Source of the DNA: Aplysia californica | Taxonomy: Eukaryota | Length of the DNA: 64,000 nucleotides | Direction: 5' to 3' | NCBI RefSeq assembly: GCF_000002075.1 | Contig: NW_004797709.1 | Coordinates: forward strand, 92,685 to 156,684 | Shown here: positions 49,286-63,500 of the stretch, in pieces | Position numbering within the stretch: the first letter of the stretch is position 1 | How the letters are laid out: every line of letters starts with the position of its first letter | Translations under genes and position numbers: made by a program | The notes under the pieces: model-generated | The model's database searches: none | The model's input: only the letters and a program-made list of their open reading frames with translations | Told to the model about the DNA's origin: nothing

Positions 49286-49563
49286 CAAAGAGGTTATATA
49301 ATACTACTAGAGCTCGCAGCAGTGTCCTCACACGTGTCGGACTTCGGGGCCTTCTTACCCTCGTTGGTATGGCTGGCGTGTCATTACATGAACAATATGA
49401 GCCCCCCACCCTGCTCCCCACGAGCTCCAATAAACGCTACCTTGCGTCCATATTTCAGCGCAAGCTTGTAGATTTCCTCCAAAGTGGGCACATGCAGCCC
49501 CCGTTCGTTTACGAGGGGGACATCACTTCCGCAAACTCTAGTGCTAAAAATATAACCTCTTTG
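49286..49563. mobile_element. P-element-type MITE, family B
   Basis: Perfect 14-bp TIR CAAAGAGGTTATAT; exact 8-bp TSD ACTTCTAC. Confidence 0.85.
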
Positions 49564-52171
49564 ACTTCTACTTCTACACCTATCATCATCTCACACAAAT
49601 CTGCTGGGCCCTGGGCAGTGATGGAATGTGTATCTGCTGTCATGAGATGCCTTTTGCGAGTCAGACTCTGGGTGTAGCAGTTACTAACAGATACCAAGAC
49701 TAAGCCTAGACTGAATATCCTTCACTGTTCAGTAGCCATCGACTTATACTTATAGAGGCAGTGTAAGATGAGATTATGGCTTTTCAGAACAGCAAGTTGG
49801 GGATGCTGACCAAATTTCCTACAAAGGGTGACTGTGTGTTTTATTAAATGCTTTCATCTTTACTTTCCCTCTGTTGTCTCAAGTGTCTTGTCTTTTTTCT
49901 CCCTGCTCTAAATGATATGACCATTGTGTTGATGTGCTTTTCTTAACCCCAACAAACAAATCTTTTTAGTAAGTGTTTTACGACACTTGCTGCAGCACAA
50001 TTAGGTCATAATATAAGTGCCAAAGATTAGAAATGTTTCAAGAGAGTAACTTACAGTACACAGAAAAGGAGGAGAGATAAAAATGATAGATGTTTGATAG
50101 AAAAAATGGTCAAACAGCACCAGAGCACCCACCAACCACCCACTGAAATTCTTAATAAACTTTCAACAATTAGTAATCACATGTCAGTTTAAGGTGTGAA
50201 TTTTTTACATGTTGCAAAAACTTAATAGCGGTGCATGGCACAATTAAGAAAGATCTGGATCAATTATGCAGAAAAATGACTCATGAAAAAGCATGCATGC
50301 CTCTTCATAAGAGCCAGCGTGCAGTACCGTAGTTACCATTTTGAAATCAATAATGATAATAATTATTAGCGTGTATCCCTACTCAACAGCAAGCTCTGTG
50401 GGCTTTACAATCTATTATTATTATTACCCCAGCAGACCCTAGAACACTCAGAAACGTTCTGTGCTTCCCAGCCAGAAGAAGGTATACAAGTGCTAGCAGC
50501 CAAGCTGATTAAGCCCTCAGACACTACGAACTAACAAGATTTTTTGTTGTCTATAGTCGGGTACCCTTTACCACATGGGTGAAATGGTGAAAATTCATAA
50601 AAAGGTCTTTCTCAAGGACACAACAGGCCCCTGACAGGGTTCGAACCCACAACCTTCCGGTAACAAGCCCAACTATTAGATCACCAATGCCACAGGTTAA
50701 ATAAAAATGCAGTAAAGCCAGACCAATACAAATGTATGGAGTTACCTATTTTATTTGTAGTTTCACTACTAATAGATATGGGGATTAAGGATTCCAACCA
50801 AGGATACCAGTACCACTAGTACCAGCCACAAAAACAAAGAAACAAAAAAAAATGTTTTTTAAACTTTCTGTCAGGTCAGACTGCTGACTAAAATTAAATG
50901 TATCCCTGGTAATGATTAGATTAGCTTCTGTTTAAGTTACATGTATGGCCAACACAAAACTGTGGCCATCGTGGTGAAATTGGGCGCTTGTCAAATTAAT
51001 TTAATCAAAGACTGCTGCAAGGCAACTTTTTTGTTCCTATTCTCTTTTTCACTCAAGACCTTTCTTGTCCATTTAAAAACACCTTTCTACTTTCTGTGTG
51101 CAGGTTACAGGAAAAACATTGACCGAAGGCATAAAAAAATGTAAATTTGCAGTTTAGAAGGACACTCAAACTTTGGCAGCCATTTTCTTGCTAATTTTAA
51201 ATCTGACACCAGGCGGCCCCCATCTCCTTCACTTGTAAACTTCTACGTCTATTCAAGATAGATAGGTACTTTTTTCATCAAAAGCAAGATAAATGAACAT
51301 ATTAAGATGACACCAATAACTCCAAATGCCCAAAAATTGACGAATGCCTGATTCAACCACGTCATGATACGTAAAATTTCTGCTGTGAATTATGAAATCA
51401 GTACCTATAGAAATGCAAAGACAAACCAAACTTTGATGTCTCATGATATTTATTGTGACAACTGAGTCTACAGTAGCATGCACTAAGTATAAAAAATATC
51501 TAGTTCTAGCCGAAAAAATCAAAATAAATAAATTTCAAACCGACAACAATACAAAAATAAAAGTTTTAAAAAACAGTGTACGCAAATTTAAAAAATACTT
51601 CGCAAATACAGCAAGACATCTAAACTACCATCTACCCATATTCACAAAAAAACATGAATGAGCAGGAATTGCATGGGAAGAATCTGAGTTCAGAATTTTT
51701 TATTTTTTTTTACAAATACGAATAAACCTCTAAGAAGGCAGAACAAGTTCACTATGTCATACGATGAAAGTGATTTTGTATTCTTTGAACCACAAATCCA
51801 AGACCGACTTTCAGATGATCTCAATGAAAGTGATTTTGTATTTTTTTTAAAGCTATACCTGTACTCATTAGTCTGTGTCTTTGTAAAAGAGGAGATGTCA
51901 GATGATGTAATTTTATTGAATCGTCACTAAAATTGTAAGACTATAATTAAATAATAAATCACAAAACAAAGTAAAATCAGTAGCCTACATGTACACACAT
52001 CAATAAAAAAAAGTATGCACATGGCAATACTAATGAACACTAAAACCAAGTAAAGGTAAATGCATTTGAACACATGGGATGGTGGGACGAGAAAAGATGA
52101 AGCGGGCCTGTGGTCATCAAGCTAGTCATTCAATATTATCAAAGAAAGCTTGACACTCAATGCCACCTACC

Positions 52172-52388
52172 CAAAGATGTTATATTTAGTACGAGTTTAT
52201 GGCAGTGATCTCCCCCATGTAAACAAACGGGGGTTGCGTGCTAGAGCTCGTCGTAGGGAGCGCGGGGGGTGTGTCAGATTGTTCATGTAAATGGGGGCAT
52301 GCTGATGAGGGTAAGAAGGCCCCCATATCTGACACATGTGACATCACTGCTGTGAGCTTTAACTTTAAGATTATGAATAACCTCTTTG
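52172..52388. mobile_element. P-element-type MITE, family B, opposite orientation
   Basis: CAAAGATGTTAT / ATAACCTCTTTG; exact 8-bp TSD CACCTACC; interior (GAGGGTAAGAAGGCCCC, TTGTTCATGTAA) is the reverse complement of the 49286 copy. Confidence 0.85.
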
Positions 52389-52712
52389 CACCTACCCTAT
52401 GATCAACAACATGAAAAAAATCTCGTTAACACCAATCCTAATGCCCGGTATTGGGAACAGAACCAGGTTCTTTGTCATGGCAGAAAATAAGTTCTCTCAA
52501 TGACAACCCCCCCCCCCCCCCCCCCCCCCCCCCAAAAAAACAGCGATGACTATTGCAAAAGCCGTTTGTAAGAGAAAATAGATGTAAGGTGTAAAATTCA
52601 AACTCAAATTTTTAACAATGCTAACGAAAAAAATATTAAGATATGTGAGTTATTAGCTTGTTTAAATGTCTTGACAAGTGCCCATAGGAGATTTTTCAAA
52701 AGGAGCAATTAA

Positions 52713-53226
52713 CCCTTTCGTTGCCAGGAGGTATGCGTTCCTACTGTCAGCACTGATTTTTCAGCGGAGCTCGTTTCCCAGGACAGTACCCTAATGTCTC
52801 AGTGTAAATGGACGAGCGATCTAGAGCTAGATCTAGATTCAGCGCACTCGTGACATATTTTGGACACCAGGTCTTCAGTTGTCACTTTTCCCACTTTTCT
52901 TATTCCCCTTTTCCTCCCATCTCTTTGATAATTTCGAATAACCTGCAAATCTAAGTCAAAAAGTGAATTTAATTGACTTTTTAAAGTCATTTCGATGTTT
53001 ACATTTTACGCCCCCAAGCCTACAACTGTGTTTATCGATCGCTTGCAAGCCTAGCAGTAAAGAAATACAAGCAAATTTAGAACCGATATGCGCATCTTTT
53101 ATTTCCGAATACAAATCCACGCAGCATTTATGGCTTAAACTCTGTACAGAAGAATATTATTAGCGCCAGGCTTTTAGCATGATGTACGTGTAATGTCATA
53201 TAGGCAAGCAGGAGCAAACAAAGGGG
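52713..53226. mobile_element. Possible old piggyBac-like MITE
   Basis: TTAA-CCCTTTCGTTGCC ... GCAAACAAAGGGG-CTAA; degenerate. Confidence 0.35.
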
Positions 53227-54339
53227 CTAAAGGACTCCACTTCATATGTTGCAGAACATTCAGATTTCTACACAATGATAACTTAGATTTCTTAACCCAA
53301 TGAAGCCAGCAATAACATAAATTTCATAATGCACTATGCGAAAAAAAAACCACACCCCCAAAGTGTATAGTAACGAAACAGAGTAAAAATTTACAAGTTA
53401 GAAAAAAATGTACATTTGTGAAAGTAGAAGGTGAATTGCAAATCTTTCAGAGATTCGTAACAAACTTTTAGAGTTTGACATCAACAGTGACAATAAAATG
53501 AGAGTATGCAAGGATAGATATAGCACTTGCTTCAGTTTGCTGCCTTAAGGTGCAAGAAGTTTATAGAGAATAACATGAAGAAATTTCACTTTTTACAGTT
53601 ACATGACAACAAATAGTACCAAATACGGACAGGACACAACAGTCTCAAGCATCAAGGATAACGAATCTAGCATCTCTCACATTCTATCAGAAAATAAGAC
53701 AGGCTGAGATAGGAAGATCATCAGACTGGAGTAATTGGCAATGCTGAAAAGTAGCACAGTCAAAGGCAAGATCTCTGTTTTGTTACCACAGACTACCTAT
53801 AGTTACACCTGTCAACAATCCAACGTTCATTGCACATTCAACGATTGTAGGCACACTGAACTTTTAAAAAATACCAGTGACCATTGCACAAGAGCCTATT
53901 GCTTTAAAATGGAGCAGAAAATAACCGTTCACTCACAGACACACAGGGGTGAATTTAATAGACGAAATATTTCTCCAGACTTCACAAAAAATATACTTGA
54001 TGGGATCAAGAACATCTTAGCATTATCTAGCTAAATCTTGAAATAAACCAGTGGTAAAAATATGGTCTATGGTCTACGGTCCTTTTTATCCAGAAAAGAA
54101 CTTAGATACTAGAACTATTACTAGTAAAACACTCTGGTACCCAACTGAAAGTGACCAAATTCAACTGGAACAAAATCAGATAAGTTAAAGTAGTACAGCT
54201 TTTTTCTATAAAGACTGCCAACAAGTGGACTTTAAGTACTAAAATAAACTCAAAAACAAAATAGTAGTTGAAGCAACGAATTTGAGTATAAATCTTTGCA
54301 CTAAATCAGTCAGCAGCAGAGCCACAAGCAAAGTGAGAT

Positions 54340-54594
54340 CTATTCCACCTTCCTCTCATAGCGAGTCTCCTTGAACTTGTACACATACTTTCTCACTGGG
54401 CTGGCAAAGTCAATGGTCTGTGTCCTTCCAAACTTCTCAGTATCGCGCTGCGTGAAGAGGGCAAACAGATGGGGCATGACGAACAAGATTCCGTTGACCG
54501 CCCAGAATATAATGGCTCCCTTTCCACCACTAGGAGGTCGCAGGCTCTTGGAAGTACGAGAGTTGAGAGCTCCGGCCATGTAGGTGAATTGGGC
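54340..54594 (-). CDS. TM6SF1: TM6SF exon 8 (AQFTYMAG...YERKVE*)
   Basis: cttcag|; stop TAG. Confidence 0.92.
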   Translation of the reverse strand, partial: AQFTYMAGALNSRTSKSLRPPSGGKGAIIFWAVNGILFVMPHLFALFTQRDTEKFGRTQTIDFASPVRKYVYKFKETRYERKVE

Positions 54595-57500
54595 CTGAAG
54601 GGAGGAGAAACAAGCTGTTTAATGAAATCATAATTCAACTGGTCCGGTCCTACTTTTCAATGTTATGCAACCCATGAGACAGAAAAAAACAAAAAAACAA
54701 CTACATCTGACAGGTTCAGATGTACTTTTTTTTAGTGTTCATAACGGTTCCTCAAGATCACAGAGAAAAGCGATCGTTATAGTTATAGACAGGGTATCAG
54801 TTGTGATAAGTTACTAGACCTGACAGTCTACAGTTAGTTAGCTTAAAGTTTCAAATCATAACTTAACATTTCCATTAAACTTTGCATTGATTGAACAAAC
54901 ACATTTTCGCTGATCACTTGATCCCGAACATCCTCAGAATTACAGTGGTGTCCACTAACAGCAACCAAGAGAAGAGCAACCTCCATCTAACAGCAACCAA
55001 AGTTTGTCTAACACAATTCTCCATAAATTAACACCTTTAACAGCATCCTCTGCTGCAATAAATAATTGTCTGACAAAAAATTTTTCAATGACTCTATACC
55101 ACTTACAATGGTTCAAGCAGTGGCTCACTGATGCTGCCTTTATTCTCACTTTCCGACATAACAACATCATCACATCATGAGATAAGAAAGTGAGTGAGGG
55201 GTGTGGGTACAGAATACCCCCCCCCCCCCACCCATTTGAAAATTCAGTTTGCAGCAACTTCCACCTTACATCAACAAAGGTTTGCTTCCCAACGGGGGTT
55301 GCTGTTAGGCGGACACCACTGTAACTGAAACTAGTAGGCTATCTAAGAAAATAACGATCTCCCAAGACTCTTCGTACAACCTGTTATCACATAAAAAAGT
55401 AAAAAGCTAAAAAATTAAAAAGTGTCAATATAGTAAAAACCACTGTAACAGTCACCTTTCCAAGACAATCCAACCACTTCCCACTTTGCACCCTTTTATT
55501 ATAAAAGCACTGTCCGAGATGACCATAAGACAACTGCTTTCTACAAGACAAAGGAAGAGTTAACAACACAAAGCATAGCCGTGACCCTATCTATTCTCAC
55601 CTGTCCCGCTGCTCCAGCATGTACAAGGGAGAAATCTCCCATCCAGTGCTGTCCAGGACTCCAGAGACCGTACATAGCGAAAATGTAGTAGCACACATAG
55701 AGGTAATCGTACGTCAGCATCTGGGAACAGACAACAAAAGATAAGAGAGATAAGATAAGATAGTACTTTATTATCCCAGAGGGAAATTTTCCTTGGCTGT
55801 ACAGGACCGTAAAAACACATGCAGGTATACATTAAAAAATTTAAATCATATATATTACTCTCATTAAAATTCAATATGAAAAGAGAAGTAAAGCTGACAA
55901 AATGTACATATCAAATGCATCATTCAACCACATGCAGGAATTTAAATACTAGACCTTTGGAGTTATATACAGATACATACTCTAAGAGCAACACACATCT
56001 ATGCTCATTCTGACAAAAGCCTTATGCTAGATGGTAAAAAACTTCTTTTATATCTTTCTTTCTTTGTTTTTGGAGGAACATATCTGCCGCTGCGTGATCT
56101 TACAATTTGTGTGGAAAAGGGGTGTGATGGGTCGTTTATAATGCTTTTTATCTTTTTATACGTGTGGTGTTATACATTTCATCCATTCTTATAAAATCAT
56201 ATCTAGAGATCTTGCTGGCTTTCTTAATGGTTCTGTCAAATTTTTCTTTATCTTTCACCTTACAATTCCCACCCCAGCAGCAAAATACAAAATAATAGCA
56301 CACTTTCAATCATAGAATGGTAAAAAAGGGACATAACCTTATTGTCAACACGGAAACTTTTTTAATTTCCTTAAAAGAAACATTCTTTGATTTACTTTTT
56401 TATGCACAAGAGCAGCGTGGGGATTCCAGTCAAATTTGTGGTCGATTGTTACACCAAGATACTTGTAAGAGCTTACCACCTCCACCTCTTCATCTTTAAT
56501 AAATAGGGGTTGCAATTGGTCTTTTTTTACTCTAAAGTCTATTATTAATTCCTTTGTCTTTTTTACGTTTAGTATGAGGAAGTGGTTATCACACCAATTG
56601 GTAAATAGATTCACAGCGTGAATAATAAATTAGCATCAAAACTGGGTAGAGCCATCTATAAAAGTAAGCAGTTTGCTCACTGGTACATTCCACCAGAAGG
56701 ATAAGGGCAATAATATTAATCACTAGGCACGCACCAAAGAAAATGGAACGTAGTTTTCCCCCCTGTCTCGAATTTAAATGTATTATATTTAAAACATTTT
56801 ATTATAAAACTTGTACATTGCATGGCACTGCAGCAAAAATATGCACGAAAGCTACCCAAATATGTTGTAAATGTTGGCATAAAAGTATACTTTCGGTTTT
56901 TCTGTCATTACAAAAGATTTCAACAGTTGGATGATGAAGGATAGAGGGTACAAAAAAATTAATGAACACATTGAGACTTGTTTTCTGACCTAAAAATCTT
57001 AATCATTTATATTTAAGAGTGACTCTAAAGAATTCTTATCAGATAGTCAAAGTTAAACTGATCTAATGACTAACTGCCACGACATTCATTACAGATTAGC
57101 GGGCAACGGCCAGCTTAAATATTTCAGTACTGACCATATTTGCATAAATAAATGATTAAATGTCTGCTTCTTAATTTATAATAAACACTGTTCAGTACTA
57201 GACGGCTAACCCCTCTGGTTTGAATCTGAGACACACAAAAATTTCACATTTTAAATAACACCAGTGGCGACATATGTATCATAGTGCACTGAAAATTATT
57301 TAAAGGGAATGATATATCGGAAACCAAAGATAGTTAAAAAAGAAGAGCATTGGACTTCACTTAAACCCAACAAGGTTAATCAGAAAACAGCGGAAAACAG
57401 AAATAAAATAGAATATCCCCCCCCCGTCCTGCATATTCAAACTCAACTAAACTATGTAAATACAATATTAATTTATAAGTGTCACTTGCACCCCCCCCCC

Positions 57501-60500
57501 CCCCCCCCCAACAAAATAGAAAACCACACCAAAACAACAAAAAGAAACGAAAACAAAGGGCAAAAACAAAACAATCACCTGGAATTTAGGAGCTCCGCTG
57601 GGATCAGCGAGATAAGGCTCAGCAGACTTCACATACTGCTTGATGATCGGCACATTAGCACCATGAATAGCCTGATGAGCAAAAAAACACAAAAAGATGA
57701 CAGAGAGCTAGCCACAGACATAAATCCACACCTCTATGCACTATAGCTCACAGTAAAAAAAAGTACTCGGTAATATATTTTTAGCTAAAATAGACCACAT
57801 TAGTCATTGTCTCAACTTCAGTCACAAACTCGGGAATGACCTCTGCTTAGTGGCCCGGCAGGAAGCCAATTATTCAAATCCTCCAAAATGACATACTTAC
57901 ATTGTATAGGTGTCACGACGCGATGGAATCAGGCGCTCGTCAATTTTTGGACACATGGAGTTATTGGTATCATCTTAAAGCATGTTCATATGTTTTGGTT
58001 TAGATTTTAAAATCTCCATTCATCTTGGATACAAGTAAGCATATTGATGATAGAAGGAGGTGGGGGTTGCGGGTTACCAGGTTTCAGAGGTAAAATTAGC
58101 CGAGAAATGGCGGCCAAAGTTTAGTTATTTCCATAGCTTGAGAGTCCGTGGAAACAAAACATTTTTTGTGCCTTTAATGAATGTTTTTCAGTACAATCAC
58201 AATACATAAATGTGTTCCTTAATGGACAAGAAAGTTGTCAAGCCAAAAAAAAAAAATTCAAAAAAAATTTCCAAACATGCAAAAAATGCCAGTTTCTTTA
58301 CTTTCATTATTTTGACGAGCGACTGGTTTCACCATGCTGCCTTAGATATTCTTGGAATTGTAATTATCAGGATTTAGAAAAGCTCCTCACTGCTAACTGC
58401 ATGTAAGCTAGGACAACTTACAGTTTTATTGGCTATTATTACACAATATTTTTGTACTTTTCAAAAAAGTTTTCCGACTTCAATTCACACAAGAGGACAC
58501 AATCTACTCAAACAGTAGCATCATCAAGCATATCTTTAAGTGGGAGGAAATACTCACAAGAGCCCGTATCACTGCAATTTGCATAGCAACGAAGAAATAC
58601 AGGAAGAAGATCAAATCAACAGGTCTCTTCCACAGAGGAGGAAACTGGAGGAAAAAAAAGGGAAAAAAAAAGCTAAATATTTCAAATACCGTTTCCATTT
58701 CAAAATAATTCACTGTACAATTTATATCAAGAACAAAGTTCAACAAATAACAGAAAGAAGACTAACAAAATTGAGAAGCATCTTTTAACCCTTCTGCATT
58801 AAAAAACTGATATTTCGTCAAAGCTTAAAAGACCAGTGTCTCTTTATTGATTTCTTCATCTTGGGTTATAAAAAAAAATATTTTTTTAAGCAAAATTGCT
58901 TACTGAAATACCTATCTTTACATCTATCTCAACCAAACTTAAAAGGAGAGTACAGCTGGAGTGCCTCTTTCCTTCATCCATGACAAACAGTGCAAAAGCA
59001 GCATTTGGGTAAAATTACTCCTTCCTAAATAATACATGATAGGAAATTGTCAAATGTCTACAGATTGGCCCAGTAAATAAAGATTCATTCAATGACTTGG
59101 AAAAATGCTACATAATAGTGTGTATGAATTGTTTTAAAATCTTGAAGCGGGAACACTCAAGTAGAGTACTCAAATTAAGTTGTAAAAGGTGCTAGTACCT
59201 AAAAGAAAACATTCCATAATTGCGGTTGTAATTTTGAATCACTTCCATTAACAGAGATGATTATACAAAAGTTGTGGAAATGCGTATCATCTTGTCAGTC
59301 ATCAAGTGCTCAAGCATTTAGTCCCTGCTATTACTCACTCTGGAAGTTGTTTTTTTCCTTCACCCAGCGGAGGCTTTTAGCTAAAACAAAGATTTTGCAT
59401 TTTTCATCATTTTTGTTTGTTGCTGCACTGTGGGTTTTTTTCCTTCCGTCTTTTTGTGCATTATTCAAATAATCTCAGTAATTCAAATTTAACACTGACT
59501 ACAGAAAAATAAGGAAACAAAAATTTTTTACAAAGCCTAGCATTCAAAAAGTAGCATAAAATATATCTAAGACAAAAGTAGTATGCATGTTGACATATTA
59601 TTTACTAAAATATCAGCTAAAATTGTGGATCTGCACTCCTCTACCCTTTCCCATACAAAAGAAGTCCAACCCCCCCCCCCCCCCCCCCACACACACACAG
59701 TTTGCTTCCATGCACTCTCCTTTTCTCTTTGTCGTTTGTGAAAACCATACTATAGTAATGTTTTTTAAAGTTTTAGTAGAGGTTTTACGGCGCTAGCAAC
59801 TGCATATGGTCATGAGCGCCAGGAGATTTGATTAGAGGTGTTACAAGAGAGTAACAAACATAAAAAAGAAGAAGGGGAGATAAGGACGATAGATGTTTGA
59901 TAGGAAAGAAGAACAAGCAAACCACACCAGAGCATCCGCCAACCACCCACTGTAATATTATGTTATCTGTTCATACTTATGCAAACTAGTATTGAGGGAA
60001 AGAAAGGAAAAGCAACCCTGTGACCCTGCACTTAGGATTCTAATACTTTGAGTACTCACTCCAAGTATTTCACAATAACCCAGACTCCGACACAAGTACA
60101 AAAAAATACTGGACTCGCACACCCCTACTTGAAGACAATAGGACTGTGGGTTTTACAATTGATTTTGAAACAAATTATTGTATTCTTTTTGTTCCAACTT
60201 AAAACTTTTAATTATATTTTAATCAAATCAATAGACTGAAAGGAGTGCTATTATTTGGGTTACATACAGCCTAAATAAGGTCACTCTAAAACAAAAGGAT
60301 AAAATTGCATGGACAGCAAATTAAATACTGAGACAATCATAATGGCAATACTTACATTGAGACAGCACATATTTAATTAAGAACAAGGGTCTTTTTTTTA
60401 AAATAAAAAATGAAAAGTGTCATGATGGTAACATAAGAATAACCTGAAATTCAAAAAAATATTTACCTTAATAAAAGTGCGAGCCTGAATAGTGCGATTA

Positions 60501-63500
60501 TGAATCATATTGATGAGAGCCAAAAGGGGGATAACACAGAAGGTAGAGTCGGCAAACAACGTCCACCCGATCTCATCTTTTCCTGCTGAAAAACAATTGC
60601 ATCCACAATACGTGTAAGTTAATTTGATTTTCAAACATTTCAAACAAATAAAAACAATGATTATAGATCCAGAGTGATAAAAACTACTGTGCTTAAACGT
60701 AATCTTTCAGCCCCTCTAATAATAGGAACAGTGACAGCTAAAGAACCTTTTTATTTTTGGTTGGGTGTTTTATGGTGCTCGCAACTGAATAAGGTCATAT
60801 GAGCCTGCCGGACACATATTAAACATTTTCAGTCGGTAAGAAATTTTGAATTTTGCCCAGGTGGCGGGTAAAGCCTACATTTATCGATTTTGGACCACCA
60901 AGGGATCTTTAACTTGCGCAACTTGCACACTGGACCTCTGAGATTATTCGCCCTTATCCGAGAAGGCTAGGTGTTCGATCTTATCAACCATAAGATCAGG
61001 GGTGTTGCTGAAAGATAGGAGCAGTAAGAAGGGAGTCAAGAAGTAGCAGTAGAAAGGGTTCAGAAAGAGTCAGGAAGGGGCAGAGGAGGTGGTGGGGTGG
61101 GGGCAGAAAGTGGAGACGAAAGCAGACAACAGAACATTGTTTTTGTCAGAGAGCAGGAAAGGATGTGAAATGAGAAGATTTTAGAGAACAAAATTTTCCG
61201 TCGCTATCCAGATTCAAGCCCGCGACCTACTGAATGAGAGGCGAACACATTAACCTCTAGACCACAAGAGCTCCTTCTCCATCTTTTGCTATAGGGAGAC
61301 AATCTTTATGTCCTCTACTTATACTTATGTCCATAACCTCCAGTGCACTGTCTTTCTAACCTTTTCCAGTCTGAAGGAGCCATCTTCAGCAGTATTGTCT
61401 TAATGTATACATCTTTGCCTACTAGACCAAAGCTATTTCGACCTCTCTAAATTTCTCTATGTCTGAACCATTCACAGATAATTACTAGACATTCTATAAG
61501 ACACAAGAAGCAACAAGCTCCACCTCTAAAAACATGAATCCAATATTTCAAGAAGTAGTGTTAGCCATGAAAATTTCTGAAAAATTTATTCAACATCTCC
61601 TTGGAATCAGCAGAAACTGCAAAATTAAAGAATTTACAGAATGCACCTAAATCAAGGGACAAACACCTGTGAAATAAGCAGGAAGCAGTACTGCATAGCC
61701 ATTGAGGACAGACCCAGCCCAGTACAAGCCGACCTCTCTGTGAGTCTCTCTGAAAAAAAAAACCACACACAGGAGAGAAATTAACTGCATGAATGAACAT
61801 GAACAACTGCTTGGAAAAGCTGCTAAGAGGCCCTGTATTTTGGGACAGATTCTTTATTTTAATAATAATACAAATCCTGAAGGTGATTCTTTACTTCGTT
61901 CAAATTATATTCATATTCTCAACACAATCATCTTTCCAAATGAAGTTTACAAATATTCACGCCTCTGAATTGAGTTCCCTTGTGTCTCAGGTCATGGGAC
62001 TCTATAAACCACATTTGACCTACAATTTGTGTTCCAAATGAATTAAACTGACATTTCTTATCTCAGAGTATGCTGTATGTGGACCAAAAACAGCACAAAT
62101 AAAATACTGACCGGTAAGTGTACAGGGCAATGCACCCTATTCCGAGTAGAAAGTTGACAACTCCATCCCAGTACAGGTACACTGCACCATGGGCCGTCTT
62201 TAGGAAAGGCAAATACTCCAATGTAAATGGAGCCAATGCCTTGGGAATAAAGCCATCTAGTTCAAGAACAATTCCAAGGTTAAGGAGACCTGCCCAACTG
62301 AAGATGCTGAAAACTGAAAGTAAAAGCAAACACCATAATGTGTAAATAACTTAACATGGATGGCATGGTAGTAAAACCAGCGTAAAACTCAGTAACTACA
62401 TTCCCATAATATCATGACATGACATAGTTATTAGGTCTACAATTTAATCTTTAAAATCTCTTACTTTTTATAAAATAAATGGTATTTTTTTACTTTCCCT
62501 CCCGTCTCACACTCAGCTACCAGTTGTCTATTTTCTACTAAATATTGATGCGCTGAACACGAATATCAACTTCATTTCCGTCGCAAATTAATAGTTTTTG
62601 AAATATATTGATTGTTTTTAACCGAGATAGACATGCTTTGGACCAATCGGGGGGTTCCAGTGGGNNNNNNNNNNNNNNNNNNNNNNNNNNNNNNNNNNNN
62701 NNNNNNNNNNNNNNNNNNNNNNNNNNNNNNNNNNNNNNNNNNNNNNNNNNNNNNNNNNNNNNNNNNNNNNNNNNNNNNNNNNNNNNNNNNNNNNNNNNNN
62801 NNNNNNNNNNNNNNNNNNNNNNNNNNNNNNNNNNNNNNNNNNNNNNNNNNNNNNNNNNNNNNNNNNNNNNNNNNNNNNNNNNNNNNNNNNNNNNNNNNNN
62901 NNNNNNNNNNNNNNNNNNNNNNNNNNNNNNNNNNNNNNNNNNNNNNNNNNNNNNNNNNNNNNNNNNNNNNNNNNNNNNNNNNNNNNNNNNNNNNNNNNNN
63001 NNNNNNNNNNNNNNNNNNNNNNNNNNNNNNNNNNNNNNNNNNNNNNNNNNNNNNNNNNNNNNNNNNNNNNNNNNNNNNNNNNNNNNNNNNNNNNNNNNNN
63101 NNNNNNNNNNNNNNNNNNNNNNNNNNNNNNNNNNNNNGGGGGGGTTTGGAGGGATTTATTTTGTTTACATGTTTACATGGACTTTAGTTTTTGTAGGGTG
63201 ACAAAATGCAAAATTGGTTACTGCCCGCCCCACCAACCCCACTTTCTCGCGCAATAATGTACGAGTGGTCCGGTATTCTTCATTCTTCCCACCTTTTGTC
63301 ATGCTCAACTGCACTGGTAGGCTAAGCAACTGTATTTAAGTGTAGGCTATTATTGTAGATCTACTACTAGATCTATATAATTCTAGATTCTCTAGATCTA
63401 GATCTAGATCTAGATCTATTGTATGCCTAGCCTTTTCTTGTTCAACTTGTTCATTTTTATCCGTTTTACCTTGGTCTTCTTTTTTTGTGACCCCTCAGAA

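Noticed and set aside
49026-49697. Overlapping GC-richer ORFs as a small gene
   Set aside because: Explained by the P-type MITE 49286-49563.
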